Source: Octopus sinensis
Lineage: Eukaryota
Direction: 5' to 3'
Assembly: GCF_006345805.1 (NCBI RefSeq)
Contig: NC_043001.1
Location: forward strand, 125,054,001-125,118,000
DNA: 64,000 nt
The notes beneath the pieces are model-generated. The model did no database searches. It was not told the DNA's origin and was given only the letters and a program-made list of their open reading frames with translations. This document shows, in pieces, positions 26,706 through 40,350 of this stretch; within the stretch, counting starts at the first letter, position 1, and each line of letters begins with the position of its first letter. The translations under genes were made by a program, and so were the position numbers.

Positions 26706-27488
26706 TACTTGACAGACACTGACTTTGCTGACGACATCGCTCTTATCAGTGATTCTCTCTCCAATGCCCAGTCTCTTTTACAATCTCTTGAACAAGCCTC
26801 AAATTGTGCAGGTCTTTACCTCAATGAGGCCAAAACTGAATGCATAAACAAGTGCCTGTCCAACAGTGATTGCATCATCCATACTCTCAACAATGCGCCC
26901 TTAAATATGGTTTCTGATTACAAATATCTTGGGTCATACATATCATCATCTGAAAAAGATTTTCTAACTAGAAAGGATATGGCCTGGTCAGCCTTTAATA
27001 ATATGCATAATATCTGGTCATCAAATCTAAGTAGAGATTTCAAACTTGAAATCTTCAAAGCCACAGTCGAACCAATTCTACTATATGGCTCAGAAACCTG
27101 GACGTTATCAAAGAAGCTTGAGAGGCAGTTGGATGGAACCTACACTCGCCTCCTTACTCCTTATGAGAGCTCAAAATCTCTCGTGGAAGCGTCATCCAAC
27201 CAAAATGCAAATATATGGGAAACTACCACCTGTGTCATCTCTTGTGAAAGGTAGGAGAGTCCAGTTTGCTGGACATTGTTGTAGAGCTGAAAAAGAAGTA
27301 ATTTCTACTCTTCTCCTCTGGAAGCCATCTACTCGCAATACCAGAGGGCGCACACTCTCCTACCCTGATGTAATCTCTAGGGATACAGGCATCCAGCAAC
27401 AGGACCTCTGTAATGCCATGATGGACCGTGAAGTCTGGCATAGCATGGTAAATTCCATTGTCTCGACCACGGTCGAACAATGATGATC
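26706..27488 (+). mobile_element. 5'-truncated RTE-like LINE, family E (stop codon runs directly into a (TGA)n tail)
   Basis: DFADD RT motif, YKYLG, ILLYGSETW; small insertion causes a frameshift. Confidence 0.88.
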
Positions 27489-27539
27489 TCCGCTAGTCAG
27501 TTCATAATTAATTTTTTTTTTTAAGGAATATTGGAGATT

Positions 27540-28170
27540 ATGTCTGTACAGGAAGGCAAATGCTAAAGAGTATGTGATTTGGTCCGTGCACAAGTCGCTC
27601 CAAAGAAGATCTCAAGCATAGTCAGAGTATCCTTATGCACAATTTATAACATCAAGAAGAGAATAGACATGGGCAACGGCATTCAGAGGAAGTCTGGCAG
27701 TAGTGGGGGCCAGCAAGTGGAATAAAGACTTCAACACTCAACCACATCTACAAAGAAGCTGGCTTGAAGTAAACCCCAAAGACAATCACCAAGACCCTGA
27801 GACACCTGCTGACAAGAACCTAGGAAAGCCAGCAGACTGGAGAAGTGCAAAACGGTTCTCACACACCTCAAGAAGAATGGGTCCACTGAAAATTCTCTTT
27901 GATGCAAAGATCTTCACAATGGATGCTGTTGTGAACTGCAGAAATTACACCAAGTGCACCTTCAAAACAAATTGTCCAGCCCAGGTCATGGCCTTCAGGA
28001 CTGTGGCAGCCGACAGAAGAAAGATGCCTACCTACATCTACAAAGTTCGAGAAAAGGTGGGTGCTGATGTCCGAGGTACCATGTCTTGCCATGGCTCAAG
28101 TCGAACTACCAAGAGGGCAACTATGTGTGGACCCAGGATCTAATACATCTGGCACAGATATGTGCTAATG
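27540..28170 (+). mobile_element. Tc1/mariner-superfamily transposase remnant
   Basis: KILFDAKIFTMDAVVN...PAQVMAFRTVAADRRKMP resembles the FSDEKIFTVD...HPAQVMV region. Confidence 0.7.
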
Positions 28171-29717
28171 GTAGAGATCTATGACAACTGCTGAATTACC
28201 AGCTCATTGAATTAGTCTGTACTCTCATGATAATTCTCAAGTAGAAATAGTGTGACAAGCCTGCACTGTTTGATAAAGTATAATCAACGTGAAACTAAAA
28301 TGACATCTACCACAGATGCTATGCAGCAGGATTGAAACTAGAACCTTGTGTTTGTGATGTGAACTTCTAAAATATTAGGCACCTATGGCTCCAACCTATC
28401 CATCTCAAAACATGTTTTTGAGAATAATATTCTGTTTAAAAAAAAAAAAAGGTTCTAATTAATTAAACAAAGCCAGAAATGTAGGAGAGGTTAGCCCATT
28501 AAATTGATTCCTATACTTGACTTTATCAACCCCAAAAGGTAAGACTGAACTGATTTAACCCTTTAGCATTTAAACTGGCCATATCCGGCCAAAAGTATTC
28601 TGCCTGTTTTATGTTCAAACTGGCCAGACATGAAGACAGAAATCTGTGGATCGAATAGAGTCCGTCACTTTAACTGGCTCCATTATTTGACCAGTAAAGA
28701 AACACTTTGGTCATGAATAACCATGGGATTGCACCGAGAAAGTTCTTTAAGGCACAAGTTCGGGCGAGGTTGTTTATGGAAGACCAGCAGTTGCTCATGC
28801 CAACCGGACTCACCACTGATGTAATCCATGGGTAAGACGAGGCTGATACAGGTTGGCACCAGTAATGTCCCAACTCATTTCTACAGCTGAGTGAACTAGA
28901 GAAACATAAAATAAAGAGTCTTGCTCAAGAACAAAACACAGCCCAGTCCAGGAATCGAACTATCTCATGATTGTGAGCCCAATGCTCTAACCGAGCCATG
29001 TACTCTTATACTTGTTTCAGTCATTTGACTGCGGCCATGCTAGAGCACCGCCTTTAGACGAGCAAATCTTTGTAAGCCCAGTACTTATTCTATCGGTCTC
29101 TTTCGCCGAACCGCTAAGTGATGGGGACATAAACACACCAGCATCGGTTGTCAAGCAATGCTAGGGGGACAAACAGAGACACACAAACACGTACACACAT
29201 ATATACGACAGGCTTCTTTCAGTTTCCGTCTACCAAATCCACTCACAAGGCATTGGTTGGCCCGGGGCTATAGCAGAAGACACCTGCCCAAGATGCCATG
29301 CAGTGGGACTGAACCTGGAACCATGTGGTTGGTTAGCACACAGCCACTCCTGTGCCTTCACTTTATTTTTTTTATACTCTGCTGCTGATTAAATCCTAAT
29401 ACTTGTTCAACCAATCCACTTTTTTCTGTTCACAAAGACCATTGTGTATAAGGACAAAGTGTTTGCTTTTATTCATCACATTAACCATTTAACATTTAAA
29501 CAGACCATATCCAGCTCATTTTATGTTCAAACTGGCCAGAACTGACCTCTCACACTTATCCTTCATTTTGAAGATAATCACATCACTGAAATATCAAAAC
29601 TACAAGATAATGTATGATCAATTTCAAAACAATATGAGTAAATAGGCTTTAGTTTTGACAGAGGAATTTGATTGTTAAAAAGTTAATAGATAGTACTGGC
29701 TAAAATCTATAGAAATA

Positions 29718-30266
29718 TTCTGTACAATTTAAAACTGTATACAGCTATGGTACGACCACACTTGGAATTCGCATCATCAGTTAGGAACCCCTATCTTGCT
29801 CAGAACATTGACCTCCTGGAATCTGTTCAGAGACGTGTAACCAAACGCATACCCTCCATCAGACACCTACCATACACTGAGCGCCTTGTTTCCCTGGGCA
29901 TGGATTCACTGAAGCTCCGGCGTCTGGCGATAGACTTGGTAAACACCCACAAAGTTATCAACCACCTCACCAACAACAACACTGAACACCTTTTTGATCT
30001 TCATGTGTCTAACACATGTGGACATGCCTACAAAGTCAGAAAACAACACAGCTCCCATGACTTTCGGAAACATTTTTTCACGCTCAGAGTTGCTGAAGCA
30101 TGAAACAAATTGCCTGCGTCAGTTGTTGACTGCCATGACACTGCATCCTTTAAGGCCCTCATGCTTTCTGAAATCCGCCGAAACTACACCTGATTATACA
30201 TACACTTTAGATGAGTTGTAATGCACCTGAGCACTGTACACAATGTTTTTATTATTATTATTATTT
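29718..30266 (+). mobile_element. CR1-like LINE 3' fragment (same family split at 23308-23401 and 23922-24297)
   Basis: VRPHLEFASSV...KHFFTLRV; (ATT)n tail. Confidence 0.85.
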
Positions 30267-30399
30267 TAATAAAAATAATTGCAAACATGCAGGAAATCAA
30301 GTAGTTTTCTGTTTAGTTTAATGATTTTTTAATTCAGATATCAACATAAGTTTTACAAATGCCAAAGAATAAAAAAAAAAGAGAAAAGAAAATGAACTC

Positions 30400-30405
30400 T
30401 TTATT
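30400..30405 (-). promoter_or_regulatory. Candidate polyadenylation signal (AATAAA) for the minus-strand gene, implying a 3' UTR of about 1.07 kb
   Basis: tttatt on + strand, followed on the - strand by a U-rich tract (30370-30392); AT-rich, TE-poor DNA between here and the stop codon. Confidence 0.4.
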
Positions 30406-31467
30406 TTAATACTTTTTTTTATTTTAATCTAAATAATATAACATATAATTCAAAATGAAAAAACAATTTTATATATATATGAATAATAAACTACTGATGT
30501 ATTAAAAAATTGCCTGAGTATATAAAGTAAACTATTTGAAACTGAAGAAAAAAATTTTAGAAGCCATGTTTGTTTATGTATATACATACATACATACATA
30601 CACACAGATATGCAAAGTGAGTCGTAAGTTGCTATGCAATAACATTATAAAATAATAATTAGTGAGTCAAATTGCAAGAGCCAATTAAATTTATTTGAAA
30701 ATTACTACAAAATGAAGTTTATATGCACAAGTTTTCTTGTTTGAAACCAGTCAGTTAGATGACAGCAATGTAAGATGTGACTTTCTGAGAAAGTATTTAG
30801 TTTACTTCAACATTCAACAATAGAAGTTCAGAAGTAATTCTACCAACAAGGAAAACTAATAATGTTTAGCAAGTAAGAAACTGTTTGGAAAGATTAATGA
30901 GGAACTACTATCTGGACATTCAGTGTTCAGTCAGAAGAGAGAGGAATGTTTGGCTGGACATCCAACATTATGAACAACACCTTCAAACATCTTTTACATA
31001 TGCCATGCCTCAAATATTTGCTAAACACCATTGCAATGTAATCACATGCATGTGTGCATATGTATGTTTTAATGTATAGATATCTATTAAAAAAACCCAG
31101 CAAAACATTGACTGATCACTCAATACTTTCCAGTTAAAGTATCAGATTATTTTATTCATACAAAGGAAAAGTTGACAGTGACTTCAAAATTTCAGCTTAG
31201 CTGCCTTTGTCAGAATGTCAATCTTTTCCTCTCTCTCTCACACACACACTAAAATTCGTTATGATCTTATTAAATGTTACTGTTTTTGTTTAAAAATCAA
31301 TTACAGCATTTGCATAAAACTTTCATTCTTGTAACCATATGCTATTATATAGCAACTTGTGGCAGACTGTATACTATATATATATAGGTAAACACACTCA
31401 CACACGTACAAATCTAGTTCATACTTCAATATAAATTCAAGTCAAGACTGACTTATTCAGACATTAC

Positions 31468-31589
31468 TCAATAAAAACGACTATGAGCTACATTGTTCTT
31501 CTGCTTGTAGTGCTTTACACCAATAACAATGCCAGCAATTGCCACTCCAATAGTTACAGCAATAGCAACATATATTCCCATCCAGGCCT
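31468..31589 (-). CDS. Terminal coding exon: transmembrane helix plus short basic tail; AWMGIYVAIAVTIGVAIAGIVIGVKHYKQKNNVAHSRFY*
   Basis: Acceptor ctttaatattttctattttcacag, hydrophobic run of about 23 aa followed by KHYKQK, TGA at 31468-31470. Confidence 0.9.
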
Positions 31590-32189
31590 CTGTGAAAATA
31601 GAAAATATTAAAGAGATTATTAATTATTAATAGTACATATCTTTCATATAATAAAGACAGCTGCTTATTAATTAGCTGTGATTATTAACATTTATTAAAA
31701 GAAAGTAATTATTAAAGTCTTCACTGCCTAGAAAATTCTTATAAATTTCAATTTTTAATATATTTTTATTAAAATATAGTTTTCAAGGATCCTATTGCAG
31801 ATTTCCATTACATGCCAATCACGAAACACACACTTATTGTGATATGCTTTTTAACATCTTATATTTGTATCCTTTTCCTTCTACTGCTTCCTAACTCTCT
31901 CTTCTTTGTTTACTTCTATTTCTATATCCTTAAAATTTCTCACCCCTTTCCAACAACTTTCTCCAGTCTTTATCTCTGTAACTCAATTTGAATCCCTTCC
32001 CCTGTTATTTCATTTAACAATTTTCATCTTTCTCTTGCATACTCCTTTACTTTCATTTTCTTTCAACACTCACTCTCTACTGCCTTTAATTGTTTAAAAA
32101 TAAGTGATTACAAAAATTTTTTACAATATTTATATCAAAATTACACAGAAATTATGTATATTTCTATTTTAATTCAGTTATATACAAAC

Positions 32190-33300
32190 CATCATCATTT
32201 AGCATCTACCTTCCATACTGGCATGGTTTAGATGGTTTGACCGATACTGATAAGCTGCACTAGGTTCCAATCTGATTTGGCACAGTTTCTACTGTTGGAT
32301 GTCCCTTCCTAACACCAACCACTGAGGGAGAGGGGCTTTGCGGATCCATGGAATAAGCTGCCGGACGAGATGGTGAGGATGCCGACGACCGCTCGGTTCA
32401 AAGTCTCCCTTGACCACAAGTGGCCTGAACTCTTTACATGAACACCACCCTGTACATAACTCCATGTCCCCCTACATGACCTTGCTTTTTGCTTTTTGAG
32501 CCAAAAAATTAACTAACAATGGGTGCTTTTGACGTGCCATTAGCATGGGTGCTAGTTACATGACACTGGCACCAGCTACAACAACGATTTCACTTAGCTT
32601 GACACGTCTTCTCAAGCTTGGCATATCACTAAAGGTCTCAGTTACTTATCACCTCCATGAGGCCCAACATTCAGAGTGCTTTTAACGTGTCACTGGCATC
32701 AGCCAGGAGTACAATTTCACTTGGCTTGACGAGTCTTCTGAAGCATGCATATCACCGAAGGTCTCAATCCCTTGTCATTGCCTCTATGAGGCCCAACGTT
32801 CAAAGATCATGCTTCATCACCTTGCCCCATGTCTACGTGGGCCTACTGTTCCACAGGTTACCTCCACAAAGATTGGCATTTTTTTTTTCAGCTGTCCACC
32901 TCCATATACATCACATGACCATACCAGCGCAGTCATCTCTCTTGTACATGTGATGCCTCTTATGCCCAGCTTTTCTTTCAAGATGCTTACACTGTCATAC
33001 ATGCACACCCAGTGAAGCATACTAGGTTAATTTCTTTCAAGCCTATGCATGCCCTCAGCGGTCACAGCCCATGTTTCACTGCTGTGCAGCATGGCTGTTC
33101 ACACACAGGAATCCCTCAGACAATAGGCTTTCACATTCTGACAACATTGCTTGCAACAACATATGCTAACCCCTGAGTAGCAGCCTTCCCTTTGGATAAG
33201 CTCCAGAGGCATAGAGAAGGGAACTTGCAAGCCTAGGAAACTACTAATCATATTAAAGGTATCTTGCCCAAGCTTGCACAAATTCTGGAAGATCAACATT
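32190..33300 (-). mobile_element. Degenerate family D-related RTE LINE remnant (similar remnants near 17500-17660, 20960-21400, 44120-44450)
   Basis: Frameshifted similarity to the 39224-40111 ORF and its 3' UTR. Confidence 0.65.
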
Positions 33301-34589
33301 AAGACAGGGATCTTGTATGCACAGGCAGAGATTGTTTTCTATTAAGGCCCCCTATAACCAATGCCTTGTGGGTAAATTTAGTAAACAAACCGTAGAAACC
33401 TGTCATGTTTCTTTGGATTTGTCTCTCACTGATTGATAAAGATGGTTTTATTTATTGCTTTTAATTTACTTTTTTTTCACCATTAGCCTAGTGGTATAGC
33501 TACCAACACAAAAAGTACTAAAATATGTACTAGAAGTGAATTGAACAAATACACCCCTTCAAGCTACTATCCTAGCAATAATAGTAACAATAATTGTTTT
33601 TAATAAATGCACAAGACCAGAAATTAGGAGGAACAGGTAGTCAATGACCTTGGCAGAATTTGAACTCAGAATGTAAAGACAGACAAAATGCTACTAAGCA
33701 TTTTGCCCGGCATGCTAACCATTCTGCCAACTCACTGCCTAAATAATAATCCTTTCTACTATAGGCACAAGGCCTGATATTTCGGAGAAGGGGTTAAGTT
33801 GATTATGTTGACCCAGTACACAACTGGTAATTATTTTATTGACCCCGAAAGGATGAAAGGCAAAGTTGACCTCAACAGAGTTTGAACTCAGAACGTGAAG
33901 ACAGACGAAATACCACTAAACATATTTTCTGGCGTGCTAATGATTCTGCCAGCCTGCTGCCGAAGACCAGAAAATTTGGGGATGGGATAAGTCGACTGCA
34001 TCAACCCCAGGGCTCAACTGATGTTTATTCTATCTACCCTGTAGGAATGAAAGCAAAGTCGACCTTGGTAGAACTTGAACTCAGAATGTGAAGACGACAA
34101 AATACCATTAAGCATTTTGTCCAGCATGATAAGAATTCTGCCAGTTTGCCAATTTTGGGAGAAGGGGGACCAGTAGATAAATTGACCTCAGTGTGTAACT
34201 GGTACTTAATTTCTCAACCCCAAAAGGATGAAAGGCAAAGTTGACTCCTGCAGCATTTGAACTCAGAACATGAAAACAGACGAAAAACCACTTAACATTT
34301 TTCCCAACATGCTAATTATTCTGCCAACTCGTCATCTTGATGATGATGATAATAATCCTTTCTACTAAAGGGACAAGGCCTGAAATTTAGGGGCAGGGGA
34401 CTAGTCGATTACACCAACCCCAGTGTTTCACTGGTACTTAATTTACTGACCCAGAAAGGATGAAAGGCAAAGTTGACTTTGGCGGAATTTGAACTCAAAA
34501 TATTGCAATGTGCAAAATACCGCTAAGCATTTCATCCAGAGTGCTAACAATTCTGCCAGCTTATCGCTTTGATGATAATAAGTCCTTAC

Positions 34590-34726
34590 CGTGGCTTAAT
34601 CCAGAGCATTTGCTATCCAAAACCTTTTTCAGACTTTTGTCCAAGACAACAGACATAAAATGTCTGGAACCGGGACTACATTCGCCTGCAGTGTCTAATG
34701 CACATTTCCTCACTTCTTTTTCCAAA
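34590..34726 (-). CDS. Coding exon, phase 2 to 1; LEKEVRKCALDTAGECSPGSRHFMSVVLDKSLKKVLDSKCSGLSH(E)
   Basis: Acceptor ctttatatttaatttcag, donor gtaagg, 137 nt open, phase-compatible. Confidence 0.9.
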
Positions 34727-35717
34727 CTGAAATTAAATATAAAGAATAATGCAAATTAACCAATCAAACTATTTAATCAGAGAAAAATGAAAAAGAATAA
34801 CTGAGCTTAAGGTAATAAACTACAAAACTGATCCTTATTACCATAAACCATTGCATTGCACCTTATTTAGAGAAGGGGTACATAGAAATAAGGAACTATG
34901 TGCCTTGACAGTACAATCTATGCTTATTTCTTTCTTTCTCAGCAAAACAAATATATACTAATATGAAACAAAAAGTTATAAAAAAATCAAACAAACAAAA
35001 AACAGTTTATTTAGCACAATGTGTCTTCTACCACAGCCCCAAACCAACTTTTAAGCTTTGAGTGAATTTGGTAGATGAAAACTGAAAAAAGCTTGTCATA
35101 TATGTATCATCATCATTGTTTTAACGATTACTTATCCATGCTTACATGAATCACCCAGAATTCTGAGTGACCCCTGTTAGGATGTTGAGGCGAGGTTTCT
35201 TAGCTGGATGACCGTCCTGTCACAAACCATTGCTAGTTTGCAAGCAAGGTAATATTTCCTCCATAACCAGACAAGTTTTCGTAGACATGAAAAGAAGCCA
35301 CTGCTTCTTTATTTCTTTTAAATTAAAGAAATATACATTTCTTTATTGCCCACAGGGAGCTAAACACAAAGTGATTAAGTCGATTATGTCGACACCGGTG
35401 CGTAACTGGTACTTATTTAATTGACCCCGAAAGGATGAAAGGCAAAGTCGACCTCGGCGGAATTTGAACTCAAAACGTAACGGCAGACGAAATACGACTA
35501 CGCATTTCGCCTGGCGTGCTAACGTTTCTGCCAGCTCGCCGCCTTAAATATAGATCTCTATATCATACCTCCTTAGTAGCTTATTACCTGATCGTGACAG
35601 CCACTTTGACAAAAAAAAAAAAAATAATAATAATAATAATAAGACCCCCCCCCCACCGCTGGCGCACACAACAATAAAAGTTCAATTAAAACTAGCCTAT
35701 AATCAAATTATACTTAC

Positions 35718-35835
35718 GCACAAACTTCTTCAATACTATGTACATGTAAGTGCTGAACTTTCATTCTCTCGGTGCATGTCTTTGTCTTTTTGAGATAGTT
35801 GGTATCATTGAAACATTGTGAATATTCCAAGAACT
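35718..35835 (-). CDS. Coding exon, phase 1 to 2; FLEYSQCFNDTNYLKKTKTCTERMKVQHLHVHSIEEVC(A)
   Basis: Acceptor tataatttttatcttcag, donor gtaagt, 118 nt open, phase-compatible. Confidence 0.9.
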
Positions 35836-36191
35836 CTGAAGATAAAAATTATAAAACAAAATGATTTCTTACACTGGAATATGGATGAAGACTGTAGTTG
35901 AAATACTCATGTATTTTAATCTATTGACCCTGGAGAGATGATAAAGCCAAATCCTGCCTAACCATTTTCATACCAGCCTGCACCAAGACCATTCTTGGTT
36001 CTATGGTACAAACCCTACATCAAAATTTGCTGTTAATTTATATTTTGAAACATCAGCTTAATAATGACAAGTTATTTTAATATAGTCTTCATTTTCTTTT
36101 AATTTAAAGAAAAACAGAATATTTCAACTGAAACAAGGTAACGAAAGGTTAAATCATAGTGGCAAAGAACTAAACAACAGAAATACATTAA

Positions 36192-36410
36192 CCCTTTAGT
36201 GTTCAGATTATTCTATCAAACATAATGCTTATTGATTCCCATTGATTTGAATTAATCGTGCATTATCTCATATCTTCAAGATCTTGATGGTGTAATTACT
36301 TAATGTAGAATAACATTGTAGGGTAGGTGTGAGAGCCTGGATCTGGTCAGTTTGAACATAAAACAGATTAACTATTTTGGCCGGATATGGCCGGTTTAAA
36401 TACTAAAGGG
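36192..36410. mobile_element. piggyBac-like MITE; partial copies near 1981-2395, 28557-28630, 29485-29600, 60727-60800
   Basis: TTAA on both sides; TIR ccctttag / ctaaaggg. Confidence 0.8.
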
Positions 36411-37348
36411 TTAAATCCAATACCCAACAATTTCTGTTATTTCCCCACCACCACACCCAATAACAAAGGTTTCTAACAGAGATACAAAGCCATAAATTCA
36501 GGGTGTGAGAGAGAGAGAGAGAACAGTTGATTACATTAATCCCAATACTTGACTGATATTTTATTAGCCCTACTCCCCATCTCATCCTTATAAGGATGAA
36601 AAGCAAAGTTGATGTTAGTAAAACCTGAACTCAGAAAGAATGTAATGGGCTGCTACAAGTATAGGGTGTTCAAAAAGTTTCTCCACAGTAAGTATTTTAT
36701 TGCAAAATAAATATTTATAAGATGGTATAAAACTACAAGACTTAAAAAAACTTTATAAGAGGTGTTGTCTATTTTCAATACATAAGTTAACTCTTTAACA
36801 CATGTTTTTGAAAGACATCTCGGAGAAAAAAAAAATTCACTGCAGAGAGATTTTTTGAACACTGCATCAAGTATTCTGACACCAGCATCTCTGCCAATCA
36901 ATTGCCCTTATAATTTTCAATATAGGCACATGGCATCAAACAGAGGAGGGAACAGTCAAATCAACCCCAGCACATGACTGGTACTTTATTATTGACCCTG
37001 GAAGGATGAAGTGCAAAATTAATCTTGGAGGAGGTTGAACTCAGAAGTAGAGGGTAATAGCTAAATACCACAAGGCATTTTGTCCAGTGCTTTAATGAGT
37101 TTTGCCAATAGATTAAATCTTTCATATATTTTGCCAATCGATTAATTCTTTCATATATTTTGCCAACAAGGCCCATCTATACATACATATCACAAATAGT
37201 AAACATACAGGGCTATATAAACAAATTTATATAAAAATGAGGCATGCAGCAAGGTATCCGTAAACTATCTTTACGACTTCCATAATTTATTTTATCTATT
37301 GTAGTTGAGATCTTTCAATCAATTCCTTTGCATGTTAAATATTAAAGT

Positions 37349-37390
<42 letters not shown>

Positions 37391-37581
37391 TTCTCTTTTA
37401 CTTGTTTCAGTCATTTGACTGCGGCCATGCTGGAGCACCGCCTTTAATTGACCAACTCAACCCCGGGACTTATTCTTTTTGTAAGCGCAGTACTTATTCT
37501 ATCAGTCTCCTTTGCCGAACCGCCAAGTGACGGGGACATAAACACACCAGCATCAGTTGCCAAGCAATGCTAAGGGGACAG

Positions 37582-37633
<52 letters not shown>

Positions 37634-38210
37634 GACGGGCTTCTTTCAGTTTCCGTCTACCAAATTCACTCACAAGGCTTTGGTCGGCCCGAGGCTACAG
37701 TAGAAGACACTTGCCCAAGGTGCCACGCAGTGGGACTGAACCCGGAACTATGTGGTTGGTAAACAAGCTACTTACTACACAGCCACTCCTATATAAAATT
37801 TAAAATGAGGGTGAAATTGATATTAATCAAATTAATGTTCAATTTTTCACCCTCATTTTAAATTTATATGTTCTCTAACTGGCATAACTCACTACAGAGA
37901 ATTATTTACGAGATTTTAGCGTGCCAAAACAAAGACTTTTGAGAAATAACCCTAAGTGTAATTAGTTGAAATGTATACATGTCCAATCTCATGTGGACAT
38001 TTCGTGTATAGTTCTTTCTCTTTTACTTGTTTCAGTCATGCTGGAGCACCGCCTTTAGTCGAGCAAATCAACCCCGGGACTTATTCTTTGTAAGCCCAGT
38101 ACTTATTCTATCGGTCCCTTTTCCCGAACCGCTAAGTGACGGCGATGTAAATACACCAGCATCGGTTGTCAAGCAATGCTAGGGGGACAAACACAGACAC
38201 ACACACACAC

Positions 38211-38252
<42 letters not shown>

Positions 38253-38652
38253 GACAGGCTTCTTTCAGTTTCCGTCAACCAAATCCACTCACAAGGTTTT
38301 GGTCGGCCCGAGGCGATAGTAGAAGACACTTGCCCAAGGTGCCACGCAGTGGGACTGAACCCGGAACCATGTGGTTGGTAAGCAAGCTACTTACCAGACA
38401 GCCACTCCTGCGCCTATGTTCTGCAAATTATATTTGCAATGACGATCATGCTGAGGAGCTACAGACAAATTGCATAAGTAAAATTACGTAAATATTGATA
38501 GCGAAACATGTCCATGATTAATCTATATTTTTGTTATTTCTCATTTGTCTTGCTCAATTACATTGACGTTTGCTGAATTTTCTTAGTGATAAGACCATAG
38601 CAGATCTACTTCCAGCATAAGGGCTGTCCACGTTGTGGTCATCCCTCATATC

Positions 38653-40117
38653 ATCATCGTTTAACGTCCGTTCTCCATGCTAGCATGGGTTGGACGGTTC
38701 GACCAGGGATCTGGGAAGCCAGGAGGCTGCACCAGGCTCCGGTCTTATCTGGCAATGTTTCTACAGCTGGATGCTCTTCCTAATGCCAACCACTCCGTGA
38801 GTGTAGTGGGTGCTTTTTACGTGCCACCTGTACTGGAGCCAGGCGAGGCTGGCATCGGCCACGGTCGGATTGGTGCATTTTACATGCCACCTGCACGGAA
38901 GCCAGTCGAGGCGGCACTGGCTTCGGATGGTGCTTTTTACGTACCACCGACACGGAAGCCAGTCGAGGCCACGATTCGGATAGTGCTTTTTACGTATCTC
39001 CAGTCCAGGGGTCCTGGCATCTGCCGGGTGCCAGTCATAGGATTGGTTCAATTTTGATTCTGATTTCGATTTCACTTGCCCCAACAGGTCTTCGCAAGCA
39101 AAGGGGGGGTTGGCATAGGTGCCTGTCGTCGGATGAGGTTCGATATCGACTTCGCTTGCCTCAACAGGTCTTTGTGTGTCCAAGGGAGGAAAGGCATGCA
39201 TAAGTGGGCTAGACTCACTTGTCCTACCTGGTCTTTTCACGCACAGCATATTTCCAAAGGTCTCGGTCGCAGATCATTTCCTCAGTGAGACCTAAAGTTC
39301 GAAGGTCGTGCTTCACCACCTCGTCCCAAGTTTTCCTGGGTCTACCTCTTCCATGGGTTCCCTCCACTGCTAGGGATTGGCACTTTTTCACACACCTATC
39401 TTCATCCATTCTCGCCACATGACTATACCAGCGCAATCGTCTCTCTTGCACACCACAACTGATGCTCCTTAGGGCCAACATTTCTCTCAGGGTACTAACG
39501 CTCTGTCGAGCATGCACACTGACATTACACATCCATCGGAGCATACTGGCTTCATTTCTCGCAAGCTTACGCATGTCCTCAGCAGTCACGGCCCATGTTT
39601 CACTGCCATGTAGCATGGCTGTACGTACACATGCATCATACAGTCTGCCTTTTACTCTGAGCGAGAGGCCTTTAGTCACCAGCAGAGGTAAGAGCTCCCT
39701 AAACTTTGCCCAGGCTATTTTTACTCTAGCCGTTACACTTTCAGCACACCCACCCCCACTACTGACTTGGTCACCAAGATAACGGAAGCTATCAACTACT
39801 TCTAGTTTTTTCCCCTGGAAAGTGACGGAAGTTATTTTCTGCAGATTTTCAGAGGTTAATGCTCCCGAGCATCTGCCACATACAAAAACTATCTTCCCAG
39901 TTAGCCTTCCTTTGACATTGCTGCACCTCTTATGTGTCCATAGCTTACACTGGGTACATCTTATAGAGTTTCTACCTACACCTTTTCTACAGATCGAGCA
40001 GGGCCATCTTCCTGAAGACATTTGTGGATTGTCTACCTTCCTACTTATTAGTACTTTGGTTTTAGCTAGGTTGACTCTAAGGCCCCTCGATTCTAGACCC
40101 TCCTTCCACACCTGGAA
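38653..40117 (-). mobile_element. 5'-truncated RTE-clade LINE (family D): 295 aa RT C-terminal ORF plus about 570 bp 3' UTR ending in (GAT)n
   Basis: ORF 39224-40111 with RT thumb-region motifs (GLRVNLAKTK, FRYLG, MLHGSETW, RGRPRKTW). Confidence 0.9.
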
Positions 40118-40133
40118 CTTCTCCTATATATAT

Positions 40134-40350
40134 ATATGAGGGGGTAATGAAAAGTTCCTAGTTTGAAGGATACCATGAAAGACCTGGTTGGAGGCCTGAC
40201 CTTCTGACTTTTTACAGGGCTTAGAATAATTGAAGGACCACTGCAAATGTGTGAATCTGAGAGGGGAACATGTTGAATAAAATCATAACTAATCCTGAAT
40301 TTTTTCTCTTTTACCAAAAGCCAGAAACTTTTCAGCAGCGCCTTGTATAT
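40134..40350. mobile_element. Mariner-derived MITE
   Basis: Imperfect TIRs (tatgagggggtaatgaaaagttc / gaaacttttcagcagcgccttgta); encodes a KCVNLRGE.VE*-like end. Confidence 0.6.
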
